A DNA stretch of 62,068 bases from Parcubacteria group bacterium ADurb.Bin115 (GCA_002070735.1 MWDX01000014.1:1-62068), one strand, 5' to 3'. Numbered from the stretch's first letter, positions 1 through 8,913 are shown. Notes: generated by a model not told the origin, from the letters alone. Made by a program: numbers and translations.

Positions 1-106
1 GCATTATTTAGGTCGTCCAGCTGATGCCTTTAACTTAATGAGAAGTAAAGCCTTGGGAATTTCTAACGCAAATATCAGACAGATCCCAGTGGGTGAAGTT
101 AAATAA
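1..106 (+). CDS. 3' end of a gene cut by the window edge; repeat-module envelope/secreted protein fragment
   Basis: Frame 2 reads HYLGRPADAFNLMRSKALGISNANIRQIPVGEVK then TAA at 104-106. This is the same YLGRPADAF-x-MR-x-LGLGI module that is duplicated in the 43390-44640 protein. Confidence 0.5.
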   Translation, partial: HYLGRPADAFNLMRSKALGISNANIRQIPVGEVK

Positions 107-130
107 TCTAGTTATAAAATAAAATACTAC

Positions 131-157
131 AAAAGACCTGTGTTTACAGGTCTTTTT
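131..157 (+). terminator. Rho-independent terminator after the truncated upstream gene
   Basis: AAAAGACCTGT / ACAGGTCTTTT stem with a 4-nt loop, followed by a T run. Confidence 0.65.
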
Positions 158-279
158 GTATGATAGGGTATAATTAAAAATATTATTATAATAGTTCTTA
201 GGATTGAGGCCTTGTATTTCATCTATTATTAGCCACCCAAGTCCGAAAACTATCCCTCCAGGCGAGCCGAGATGAACGG

Positions 280-308
280 AAACAGACAGCGATGTCTGTT
301 TTTGTTTT
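280..308 (+). terminator. Orphan terminator-like hairpin with no annotated gene upstream
   Basis: AAACAGACA GCGA TGTCTGTTT followed by TTGTTTT. It lies about 120 nt after the previous terminator, in a non-coding stretch. Confidence 0.4.
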
Positions 309-497
309 AATGTAAGTCTATATTCCGAGTTCCAAAGTAGTCCGAAAATATTGATATATTTTTACTATTTTAGTAAACATACGGATTTTATTGACTTAAA
401 AAAGTCCGAATCCATTCCACTGTGTCCATTTCACTGTTTAAAAAAAATAATTATTGACATATAATGAATAAGTAAAGCGATTTAAATCACAATATTT

Positions 498-995
498 ATG
501 GCTATTCATTATTCAATTTCATCTCTGCTCAGGGAATCAATAACAGAGTATTTAGCAGTATCTGAATACTGTGTTGGATACAGAAAAGATCGAGATATTT
601 GGGGGTCAACTGGATGTTTTGGTTATCCGGCTGCTGTTTTGCTATTAGCTATTGCGGATTCAATCGGATCATATGTAATAGGGGGAGATACAAGAAATCA
701 TTTTAAAATATTAAATTATAAAGAATATTATAATTTAAATTTGACCAATGAAGAGCTTAAACTAGTTTATGAAGATCATCGTTGCTTATTAACACATAAT
801 GCTGCCATGAGTCTTAATGTTGGTTTAAGCGTTGGAGAAGATAAAACTGAAATTGTTGAACGAAAAGATGGTAAATTATATTTAAACCTAGAGCCATTTT
901 TAAAAATATCAAAAATCGCTGTTGCTAAATTTTTTAACGACATAGACAATATCGTAAATAATAGTGATCAGATTAATAAAATATTAAACAAATAG
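498..995 (+). CDS. Hypothetical protein, no family recognised
   Basis: 165-aa ORF with an ATG start in the AT-rich accessory block. TATAAT at 459-464 lies upstream. No motif I can name. Confidence 0.5.
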   Translation: MAIHYSISSLLRESITEYLAVSEYCVGYRKDRDIWGSTGCFGYPAAVLLLAIADSIGSYVIGGDTRNHFKILNYKEYYNLNLTNEELKLVYEDHRCLLTHNAAMSLNVGLSVGEDKTEIVERKDGKLYLNLEPFLKISKIAVAKFFNDIDNIVNNSDQINKILNK

Positions 996-1262
996 AATAT
1001 TTTAAAGAAGCTAGATTTTAAATTAGATTGTGTAGTTAAAAAACACAGGCGAGTGTTTATTGATAAAAATAATAATTTCGAGTTAGTTCTTGATAAAGTT
1101 GTTGGTCTTGGATACTTTATGGAAATTGAGTATGTTGGTAAAATGACGAAAATTAACGGTCAAAAATTTCAAGAGTTAATTAATTATCTTAACCTTAAAG
1201 AAAGTCAGATCATATCCGGTTGTGGTTACCCAGATTTACTAATGGAAAAAAATAAGATATAA
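996..1262 (+). pseudogene. Remnant of a CYTH-domain (CyaB/ThTPase-like) gene; only the C-terminal third survives
   Basis: The frame is open from 996, immediately after the TAG of the preceding ORF. It reads ILKKLDFKLDCVVKKHRRVFIDKNNNFELVLDKVVGLGYFMEIEY..., matching the C-terminal K-x-R ... LD ... LG-x-F-x-EIE pattern of CYTH proteins. The N-terminal ExExK part is absent. Confidence 0.55.
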
Positions 1263-1278
1263 CTTATAACTTATACAT

Positions 1279-2460
1279 ATGAATTTTGAACAAAATAATA
1301 ATTTGAAGAATGAATCATTGGAACCAAATGAGATAAGCGACCCCTCTTCTAAAGAAGTATCTAATAATGATTCTATTATTTCGGAGCAGGAGTTAATTGA
1401 TTTAAAAAAGAAGGATGAAGAAAAAACAAATTTTGAGCTAGCTAAAATTAGGGAGTCTATTAGTGGTAATTTAGATAACGACAAAGAATCAGAAAGAGTT
1501 TTTGATTTAACAATAAAAGAAGGTGAAACTGATTTTGATTTTTTGGGACGCTTATCTAAATTTTTAGTTGATAAACAAGAAATACAAAATATTAAAAATA
1601 ATCCTGACGGAAATGATAAAATAATTAAACTTTTAAAGAAAAAAGAAGATCAAATAAATGAGGTTTATCAAGATAAAGATAATGAAAAGCTTATTAGGCT
1701 TTCATTTATTGAAGCAACGAAATCTTTAGGCAATAGTGAATTATTAAATAATAAGGAAAATGAAAGATGTTTAAATGACATAGATATTTCAATCAGTTCT
1801 AGAAATATGAGCTGGGATTTAAATGAAAAGTCTAAACATGAAGATAGGATTAATTTTTTTTCTGAAACAAATCAAGAGAGATCTTTCTTTCCGTCTCGTT
1901 ACAAAAAAGATAACATTTACTATTCCGGCAGTCTTTTTAATGTCCACTCTAACTCGCCTGAAGCTAGAGAATATTTAAAGAATAAATTAGACGGAAAAGT
2001 TATATACCTTTTAGGTGGGGGTAAATCAGTGAATGACTTACTGCAGGACAATCAAATAAACCCTAAACAGATTGTAAATATTGACCCATTTATATCGGAA
2101 GAGGACATCGAAAAAAATAAAAAAGGTTTTTATAGGTCGATTCCCGAAAGGGCGGATAGTAAAAATTTAATAGAAAAAATTAATAACGAAAAGATAGAAT
2201 TAGCTGATGAAATTTGGGCCTCTTATTCAGTGCCTTTTTATAATGAGTCAGTAGAAGAAATTGATAATCTTATTAGTAATATTAAAGGATTATTAAAAGA
2301 GGGAGGGAACTGTCGTATAACTCCAATTAGCACTCAAAACGAAAAAGCTAAACAGGCAATGCTATATAATTTAAAACAAATTGTCGACTCTAAAGAATAC
2401 AATATACATGCCAATAAAGATACTTTAATTATTCATAAATTATTCATAAATAGAAATTAG
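1279..2460 (+). CDS. Hypothetical protein: low-complexity N/K/E-rich N-terminal half plus a C-terminal Rossmann-like, methyltransferase-like region
   Basis: 393-aa ORF. The C-terminal part has VIYLLGGGKS (motif I-like), NIDP, ADEIWASYSVPFY and LLKEGGNCRITPI, which resembles the LLKPGG motif of class I SAM methyltransferases. Confidence 0.45.
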   Translation: MNFEQNNNLKNESLEPNEISDPSSKEVSNNDSIISEQELIDLKKKDEEKTNFELAKIRESISGNLDNDKESERVFDLTIKEGETDFDFLGRLSKFLVDKQEIQNIKNNPDGNDKIIKLLKKKEDQINEVYQDKDNEKLIRLSFIEATKSLGNSELLNNKENERCLNDIDISISSRNMSWDLNEKSKHEDRINFFSETNQERSFFPSRYKKDNIYYSGSLFNVHSNSPEAREYLKNKLDGKVIYLLGGGKSVNDLLQDNQINPKQIVNIDPFISEEDIEKNKKGFYRSIPERADSKNLIEKINNEKIELADEIWASYSVPFYNESVEEIDNLISNIKGLLKEGGNCRITPISTQNEKAKQAMLYNLKQIVDSKEYNIHANKDTLIIHKLFINRN

Positions 2461-2495
2461 TCACATCGGGTTTGATTAAAACTATATTTACAATT

Positions 2496-3761
2496 ATGAC
2501 CATAAAAAATAAACCGGAACTATTGGCGCCAGCCGGTAATTTAGAAAAATTAAAGACCGCTTTAGCTCACGGTGCCGATGCGGTCTATTGTGGTTTGCCG
2601 GATTTTTCTTTACGTACTCGCGTTAATGATTTTTCTTTGGAAGATATTAAGGAAGGGATTGTCTATGCCCACGCTTTAGGCAAGAAGGTTTACATTACTT
2701 TAAATATTATCGCTCGTAATAATCATCTGGCCAAGTTAAAAAGTCATGTCAGAAAATTAAAGACGCTCAAGCCGGACGCTATCTTTATCGCCGATCCCGG
2801 CGTTTTAGAAATAGTTAAAGCAATTTGGCCGGGGGCACGCTTGAGTCTAAGTACGCAGGCTAATTGCACCAATATTGCCTCTGCTCGTTTCTGGGCGAAA
2901 CAGGGATTTAAGCGTTTAATTTTGTCGCGAGAACTGGGAATAAAAGAAATTGCTGCTATTAAAGCTGGTCTTAAAAATACGGAAATAGAAGTCTTCGTGC
3001 ACGGTGCTTTGTGCAGTTCCTATTCTGGCCGCTGCTTCTTATCTGATTATTTTAGCGGCCGTAGCGCTAATCTCGGCGATTGCGCTCAGCCTTGTCGCTG
3101 GGAATATGAAATTAAACCGTACGGGCACGAAAAAAGCCTGATTGTGGGCGAAGACACGCATGGTACTTATTTTTTGAATTCTAAAGATTTATGTTTGCTT
3201 GAACGTTTGCCGGAAATAGTCCATGCCGGTGTTAACGCTTTGAAAATAGAAGGCAGAGCCAAGAGCGTATATTATCTAGCTAATGTGGTCGGCGCCTATC
3301 GTCGGGCCTTAGATTTGATTGCCGCGGGCAAAGCCAAGGCGGTTCTTAGAAAAGAGTTGTCTTTTTTAAAGTCGGAATTAACAGAAAAATTAAATCAACG
3401 CGGCTATACCGAAGGCTTTATGTTTACAAGAGAGGACAATCTGCAGAATTATGAGGGTAATTTTCCGGATTCTCCTTGGGAATTTTGCGGTCAAGTTATT
3501 TCCAGTCTTAAACAAGGAAAACATTTTATACTACTAGTTAAGGTTCACAATACTTTATTGGCTGACGATGAATTAGAAATTATTGCGCCCGCTTATCGTG
3601 TCAATCAGATAAAAGCGGCGGCGATGCGAGACGCCGAAACGGGCGATGAAATTTATGAAGCTCATGGCGGCGGCGGAAACAGCCACATTTTAATTACGTC
3701 CGCCAAAAATTGGCCAGCCTATAGCGTTTTGCGCCGTCGTTTAAGAAAAACAAGCTCTTAA
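2496..3761 (+). CDS. Peptidase U32 family protein (collagenase-like / RlhA-TrhP family)
   Basis: PELLAPAGNLEKLKTALAHGADAVYCG and the U32 signature EVFVHGALCSSYSGRCFLS. The ATG at 2496 is preferred over the TTG at 2472 used by the ORF track. Confidence 0.85.
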   Translation: MTIKNKPELLAPAGNLEKLKTALAHGADAVYCGLPDFSLRTRVNDFSLEDIKEGIVYAHALGKKVYITLNIIARNNHLAKLKSHVRKLKTLKPDAIFIADPGVLEIVKAIWPGARLSLSTQANCTNIASARFWAKQGFKRLILSRELGIKEIAAIKAGLKNTEIEVFVHGALCSSYSGRCFLSDYFSGRSANLGDCAQPCRWEYEIKPYGHEKSLIVGEDTHGTYFLNSKDLCLLERLPEIVHAGVNALKIEGRAKSVYYLANVVGAYRRALDLIAAGKAKAVLRKELSFLKSELTEKLNQRGYTEGFMFTREDNLQNYEGNFPDSPWEFCGQVISSLKQGKHFILLVKVHNTLLADDELEIIAPAYRVNQIKAAAMRDAETGDEIYEAHGGGGNSHILITSAKNWPAYSVLRRRLRKTSS

Positions 3762-3796
3762 AGAAAGCTGGCTACGTTTTTTCTGTCTATATCTGT

Positions 3797-4273
3797 TTAG
3801 TTAAAATATTTGGCTATGACTGAGCCGATGCCGTTGCTCAGTAAAAGTACGGCTATGGCTATCACTAAATGTTCGCCTAAGCTTTCTAAACGGCTTTGTC
3901 CCTGGCTTTTAGCCAAAAAATAACTAAGAAGACTAAGAATGCTTAGTCCCCAGACGATGCTGATGATAATGGCCGTGGACAAGGAAAAAAATATAACCGG
4001 GACGACAAAGGTAAGGGCAAAGATGAATTTAAACAAGAAAGTAAAGCCGGTAGCGGCCAAGACTTCTTTGGCTATTGCCCCCTTTTCAGTTTCTTTGGAA
4101 ACATGAACTCCAAGCGCATCCGAGAAAGCATCGGCAAGGGCGATGGTTAAAATGCCGCCGATAACGGCTAGTTTTGAGCCAGTGGAAGCGTTCAGGCCAA
4201 TCATCAGACCTAGAGTCGTGATAACCGCCGAGGTTAGACCGAAGCCTAGTCCGGTCAGCATAGATTTATTCAT
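3797..4273 (-). CDS. VIT1/CCC1-like (DUF125) small integral membrane protein
   Basis: 158 aa with about 5 hydrophobic helices. The ALADAFSDALGVHVSKETE acidic loop is typical of short VIT-family proteins. Confidence 0.5.
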   Translation of the reverse strand: MNKSMLTGLGFGLTSAVITTLGLMIGLNASTGSKLAVIGGILTIALADAFSDALGVHVSKETEKGAIAKEVLAATGFTFLFKFIFALTFVVPVIFFSLSTAIIISIVWGLSILSLLSYFLAKSQGQSRLESLGEHLVIAIAVLLLSNGIGSVIAKYFN

Positions 4274-4316
4274 ATAGTATTATTTTACCTTGCTATTATA
4301 ACAATTATTAGCATTT

Positions 4317-5453
4317 ATGTCTTTATGGCGGGAAAAAAATAAAAAATTTTTATTTTTGCTTCTTGGCAGCTTAGTTTTTTTGTGTTCTCTCTTTTTTTAT
4401 CAAATCAGCGGCAACGGTCTGGAGGTTCGGCCTGATATCAATTCTGAAAGAAATGAAAAAGATAAGAATGAAAAAGATAAGGAGGAAAAAATATGGCCAG
4501 AATTACCGATGCGCCCACCTTTGGTTTTATTATTCGGCGGTGATGTTATGCTATCGCGCACTGTTAACGCCAAAATGGCTGCCTATGATGATTATGAGTG
4601 GCCGTTTGCACAAATATCTCAATTAACATCTAGCGCCGATATTACCATCTTCAATCTTGAGTCTCCTTTTTTAAAAGATGCCGATTATAATGTTCCTTCC
4701 GGCTCTTTTATGTTTAAGGCCGACCCGAAAGCTATTATTGGTTTGCAGGCGGCAGGAGTGGATGTTTTGTCTTTAGCCAATAATCATATAATGAATATGG
4801 GTGGCCGGGGTCTTGATGATACCTTGTCGATTTTACAAATGGCGGGAATAGGCGCTGTTGGCGCCGGTCAAAATGAAAAAGCGGCGCGTCAAGGATATTT
4901 GTGGACAGGTAAGGGTTGGAAAGTCGCCTTTTTATCCTATGCCTATCCTGATGATAATAGTGTTGCCGGCGAAAAAAAGCCTGGCATCTCTACCATGGAT
5001 GTGGACAATTTGCGGGAAGATATCGCGCGTTGGCGCCATCAAGCCGATTTAGTGATCGTTTTGATGCACGCCGGCACGGAATATGTTTCTTCTCCCAATA
5101 AAGAGCAAGTAACTTTTGCCCGGGCGGCGATTGATGCCGGCGCTGATGCCGTTATCGGCCATCACCCTCATTGGCCACAGTCTTGGGAAATATATCAGAA
5201 TAAGCCGATTTTCTATTCTTTAGGCAATTTGGTTTTTGATCAGATGTGGTCAAGGGAAACCAGCCAGGGATTATTGGCCCGTCTGACTTTTAACGATAAT
5301 TTTTCTGGGCAGGCAGAATTGTGGCCAATTATTATCAGTGATTACGGACAGGCGCAATTATGGCCGGAAGTTGTGCCGGAATCTATTTTTTGGGATGCCT
5401 ATGATTTACCGATTCCAGCTGATTTATCTTGGCCAGCCCTCGGCGGCAATTAA
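4317..5453 (+). CDS. capA: CapA-family metallophosphoesterase-like protein (poly-gamma-glutamate capsule synthesis family), N-terminally membrane anchored
   Basis: GGDVMLSR, NLESP, LANNH, LMHAGTEY and GHHPH motifs. N-terminal hydrophobic anchor. Confidence 0.8.
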   Translation: MSLWREKNKKFLFLLLGSLVFLCSLFFYQISGNGLEVRPDINSERNEKDKNEKDKEEKIWPELPMRPPLVLLFGGDVMLSRTVNAKMAAYDDYEWPFAQISQLTSSADITIFNLESPFLKDADYNVPSGSFMFKADPKAIIGLQAAGVDVLSLANNHIMNMGGRGLDDTLSILQMAGIGAVGAGQNEKAARQGYLWTGKGWKVAFLSYAYPDDNSVAGEKKPGISTMDVDNLREDIARWRHQADLVIVLMHAGTEYVSSPNKEQVTFARAAIDAGADAVIGHHPHWPQSWEIYQNKPIFYSLGNLVFDQMWSRETSQGLLARLTFNDNFSGQAELWPIIISDYGQAQLWPEVVPESIFWDAYDLPIPADLSWPALGGN

Positions 5454-6246
5454 TTTCCAGAGGTTTTAATAAGGGCTCAAAGCAGTTTTTCTTAGATAGA
5501 GGAGAAATTGTTTTTGTGATCTTTCGGCATTGCCCGCATAGTTGTAATATCGCTTCCGCTTGTCGTCGGTAGTATGATGGTAATTCTTTTTTTTCTGGCA
5601 GTCTTTTTAATCCGCGATGTGCAAAATTACGGCGTCCATTTTGCCAGTCATCGCGGTAGTCGTAGAGGTCGTCGGCCAATTGTTTAGCTGCCAGCAGATA
5701 GCGCCCCGCCCGAAATAGACCCTGGGTTTCGGTTTTTTTCCAACCTAAAAACAGACTAAAATGTAACGGGGCAATTAACAAAAAAAGAGATTTTCCGCTT
5801 GGTGCCAATATTCCTCGCGGTATTGTTTTTGGTTGTTTTACCTCGGAAAAAAGAGCATTATTTTCTCTTAACGATAATTTTAATAAAAAATTTTTTCCAG
5901 TTGGTTCAAGTGGCACGGCTAAACTCAGCGCTACCGCGCTCTCCCAGCAAGCTTTAACCAAAGGCAGGTTTATTGTTTTAGTCGTCCGATCGTCGAGGAG
6001 GTCGTCTTGAAGATTGGCGGCGGTCCAGCGGTACAAGGAAGCCGCTCCTAAATATATGGCCGCATCTTTTTGTTTGGTGGATGGGTGCGGTGGCAGTATG
6101 GAAAGAACCAGTGTTGATATTAATCCCTTGTGGTCGTCTCTTAGTGTCTCCAGCCAAAACTTCTCTAGCGCCCCAACCAGAGGCTTGGGCCAGTCTTTTT
6201 TTATATTTTCCGCCAGTTGATAAATTTCTTTTCTTTTATTCTTCAT
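5383..6246 (-). CDS. Hypothetical protein with two Asp-rich DDxxD motifs (class I isoprenoid-synthase-like)
   Basis: 287 aa. Contains NLQDDLLDD and, about 110 residues later, LADDLYDYRDDWQNGRRN. Its ATG overlaps the histidine kinase stop as ATGA (6243-6246). Its 3' end overlaps capA convergently by 71 nt. Confidence 0.4.
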   Translation of the reverse strand: MKNKRKEIYQLAENIKKDWPKPLVGALEKFWLETLRDDHKGLISTLVLSILPPHPSTKQKDAAIYLGAASLYRWTAANLQDDLLDDRTTKTINLPLVKACWESAVALSLAVPLEPTGKNFLLKLSLRENNALFSEVKQPKTIPRGILAPSGKSLFLLIAPLHFSLFLGWKKTETQGLFRAGRYLLAAKQLADDLYDYRDDWQNGRRNFAHRGLKRLPEKKELPSYYRRQAEAILQLCGQCRKITKTISPLSKKNCFEPLLKPLEINCRRGLAKINQLESVNHRHPKK

Positions 6247-7616
6247 ATAGGGAGACTAACCGTAAAAGCGCTGCCTTTCCCCAGCTGGCTATCAACCGCG
6301 ATCGCGCCTTGGAAATCATTTTCAATAATTTCTTTGACTATGCTAAGACCGAGACCCACGTTTTTACTGTCTTCGGGCTTGGTGGTAAAAAAGATATTAA
6401 AAATTTTATGCAGATGATCGGGCGGGATGCCGATGCCGTTGTCTTTAACGGAAATTAAAAGTTTATTTGAATCAGTTTGTTTTTTAATTGTGATTTTAAT
6501 TATTCCGGCTGTTGGCTTATTTTGCGCGCAAGCATCAATAGCATTGGATAAAAGATTCATAAATATCTGTCCGAAGCGGATAGGTCCTCCTTTGATATAA
6601 TAGTCGCCCTCCGCTTCAAGTTGGATTATGGTTTGTGACGCTCTCGCTTTTCCTTCCATAATTTTTTGGATTTTTTCTATTTCTTGCCTGACGGAAAAAT
6701 ATTTTTCTTGGTTTTGCCGGCGCAGACAGCGGTTGGCACTATTGATTAATTCGTTGATTCTGGCGGTGGCGCTCAGAGCTTGTTGAACGTACACGTTTGA
6801 TTTTTCAATTTCGCAGTCGCCTTTCGTTTCTATTTGTTCGAGGTTAAGGCTAACAATGGTAAGCGGATTGATAATATCGTGAAAAATACTGCTTGTCAGT
6901 TGTCCAATACTGGCTAAAGCCTGCAGTTGTTCCAGCTTTTCCCGCTGCATTATTTTCACTGCTTTAGTTCTTTCGGCGACCTTAATTTCTAATTCTTCGT
7001 TAATTTTATTAAGCTCCTCTTGTTTATGTTTTAAGGACAAAAAAGTTTGTTTATTTTCTTTTACGATCATCCAGGCAAGTCCGAAAATGAGTCCGAGAAC
7101 AATAACATAAGATAGAGCATCGGCTAATTGCATCGGTTGTTGGCGCCAATCGTTATTTACTTTGATTATTTGGTTTGTTTGCAGCCAATTTAAGCCGATG
7201 ATGGCGCCAGCAAAGATTGAAGCAATAGTTAAGGCCGCTTTCGTATTTAAAAAGATGCCGGCTAACATGATTATAAGCACCGTCATTAATAAAGCGGCCG
7301 GCAAGTCCGCCCCCCAATAACTTAAACAGAATATTGTCGGCAAGGTATAGGCGGTAATCAGCAGCCAGGCGCTTAGATTCCTATAACCTTTTTTAAACAG
7401 AATTTGGAGAATAATAAAAAATGCCAATAGTCCGAGCGTTGCGCTTAAGGGGAGTCCTTGATTATCGGGATTAATAATAAAATCATGCAAGCGGATAAGA
7501 TTAAGTAGAAACATGATGACGATTGAGATGGCTAAACTTTTTTCTAGCTTTTTTTCTGCTGGTGATGTTGATTTTATTGATTTCAGCCAGGCTGCCCATA
7601 TTTTTTTAAACTTCAT
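6243..7616 (-). CDS. Sensor histidine kinase with a multi-pass membrane sensor region
   Basis: About 6 N-terminal TM helices, a coiled coil, the H-box SSIFHDIINPLT and an HATPase_c region (NLLSNAIDA, DNGIGI, GLGLSI). The ATG at 7616 (MKFKK) is preferred over the upstream track start at 7727. Confidence 0.85.
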   Translation of the reverse strand: MKFKKIWAAWLKSIKSTSPAEKKLEKSLAISIVIMFLLNLIRLHDFIINPDNQGLPLSATLGLLAFFIILQILFKKGYRNLSAWLLITAYTLPTIFCLSYWGADLPAALLMTVLIIMLAGIFLNTKAALTIASIFAGAIIGLNWLQTNQIIKVNNDWRQQPMQLADALSYVIVLGLIFGLAWMIVKENKQTFLSLKHKQEELNKINEELEIKVAERTKAVKIMQREKLEQLQALASIGQLTSSIFHDIINPLTIVSLNLEQIETKGDCEIEKSNVYVQQALSATARINELINSANRCLRRQNQEKYFSVRQEIEKIQKIMEGKARASQTIIQLEAEGDYYIKGGPIRFGQIFMNLLSNAIDACAQNKPTAGIIKITIKKQTDSNKLLISVKDNGIGIPPDHLHKIFNIFFTTKPEDSKNVGLGLSIVKEIIENDFQGAIAVDSQLGKGSAFTVSLPI

Positions 7617-7890
7617 AAAAATAAATTTTGTTGATATTAATTTCGGTTCTTCGCAAGGGGTTTTCCGAAAATTATAAAAGCGCCTTCCTTTAAAAGACAG
7701 GAAGGCGCTTAGGTTTAACTGCGCCAAGGGGTGCCGGGATTATCGATATTTTCCGGTTTTTGACCAGTTAAGTGTGAAAATTTTTTCATATAAGGATATT
7801 TTCGTTTTTTGTAAAGCGGCTCGACCGCGGACTTTATTTGTCCCCGCTCTTATAATTATAGCGAGCGGAGTCTAAATTCTATTTAACATT

Positions 7891-8562
7891 TCAGATAGAT
7901 GTGTCCAATTTATATCCGCGTCCAATAATGCTGTGAATTAACTTAGGTTGATGGTTGTCTATTTTCCGTCTTAGCCTGAGGATGTGCGTCTCCACGGTAT
8001 TAGAAAAGGGATCGACATCGCCACTCCAGACATGTTCCAATAAAGATTCCCGAGAAACTATTTTTCCGGCATTAAGAAGAAGATGTTGGAGTAAAGAAAA
8101 CTCCTTGTTAGTTAAGCGTATATCTTTATTAGCTCTTCTGACTTTAAATGATTTTGGCTCCAGTTCTAAGTCTGCAAAAATCAGTTTTTCTTCTTTAATT
8201 GTTTGCGGTCTCCTTAGTAGCGCCCTGATTCTGGCTAGCAGCTCTTCTCCGGAGAAGGGTTTGCTTAGATAATCATCGGCCCCGATATCTAAAATATTAA
8301 TTTTATCAATTATACTTTGGCGGACGCTAAGCATGATGATAGGTACATTGCGTCCGTCGTCCCTAATTTCTTTAATAATACTGCCACCATCGAGTTTAGG
8401 CAAAACATAGTCAGTGATAATTAAGTCATAAGCTTGAGTTCGGGCCATAAATGAGCCTTTTTCGCCGTCATTGGCAATATCGACGGCAAAGCCGGCCTTC
8501 TTGAGGAGAGAGCCTAGTAATTCGGCTAAATTTTTTTCATCTTCAATAATAAGTAAGCGCAT
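7891..8562 (-). CDS. OmpR-family response regulator (receiver plus winged-helix)
   Basis: MRLLIIEDE...DLIITDYVLPKLDG...SKPF receiver motifs. C-terminal LELEPKSFKVRR...LTNKEFSLLQHL...GRGYKL trans_reg_C pattern. Confidence 0.9.
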   Translation of the reverse strand: MRLLIIEDEKNLAELLGSLLKKAGFAVDIANDGEKGSFMARTQAYDLIITDYVLPKLDGGSIIKEIRDDGRNVPIIMLSVRQSIIDKINILDIGADDYLSKPFSGEELLARIRALLRRPQTIKEEKLIFADLELEPKSFKVRRANKDIRLTNKEFSLLQHLLLNAGKIVSRESLLEHVWSGDVDPFSNTVETHILRLRRKIDNHQPKLIHSIIGRGYKLDTSI

Positions 8563-8639
8563 ATATTTATTTTACCATAAATTTATTAAAAGCTGACAGT
8601 CTGCCGAGATCTGTCAGCTTGAGGACTTGTCTGTTCCTA

Positions 8640-8804
8640 TTAATCGCAGAAGATATCTTCTAAATCGTAGCGTCCGTAAGGAAGTTTGGTCCTGTGTCGG
8701 CATTTTTTATCAGGTTTTGCCAGACAGAGTTTTAATTTTCCTTTTCTTCCTTGATGGGGGCAAGTTGTGGCGGAACATTTTGGCCAGGGAAGGTACTTTT
8801 TCAT
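8640..8804 (-). CDS. Possible 54-aa Cys-rich basic micro-protein (below the ORF-track cutoff)
   Basis: Reads ATG...TAA as MKKYLPWPKCSATTCPHQGRKGKLKLCLAKPDKKCRHRTKLPYGRYDLEDIFCD. It is followed on the minus strand by the hairpin AGCTGACAG-N12-CTGTCAGCT (8591-8620). Confidence 0.3.
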   Translation of the reverse strand: MKKYLPWPKCSATTCPHQGRKGKLKLCLAKPDKKCRHRTKLPYGRYDLEDIFCD

Positions 8805-8913
8805 GATTTTTATTTTTTATAATGAGCTTTTTCTATTATATCAATTGCTCGATAACATTCAGTTAACATTTTTCGGGTTTGCCCTTTTTTAGGAATCAGG
8901 CTAGAATTAAAAT

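Noticed and set aside
7617-7727. N-terminal extension of the histidine kinase ORF, and a 24-aa micro-ORF at 7718-7789
   Set aside because: The extension starts at a non-ATG codon and has no hydrophobic or kinase features. MKFKK at 7616 is followed directly by the first TM helix. The micro-ORF has no supporting signal.
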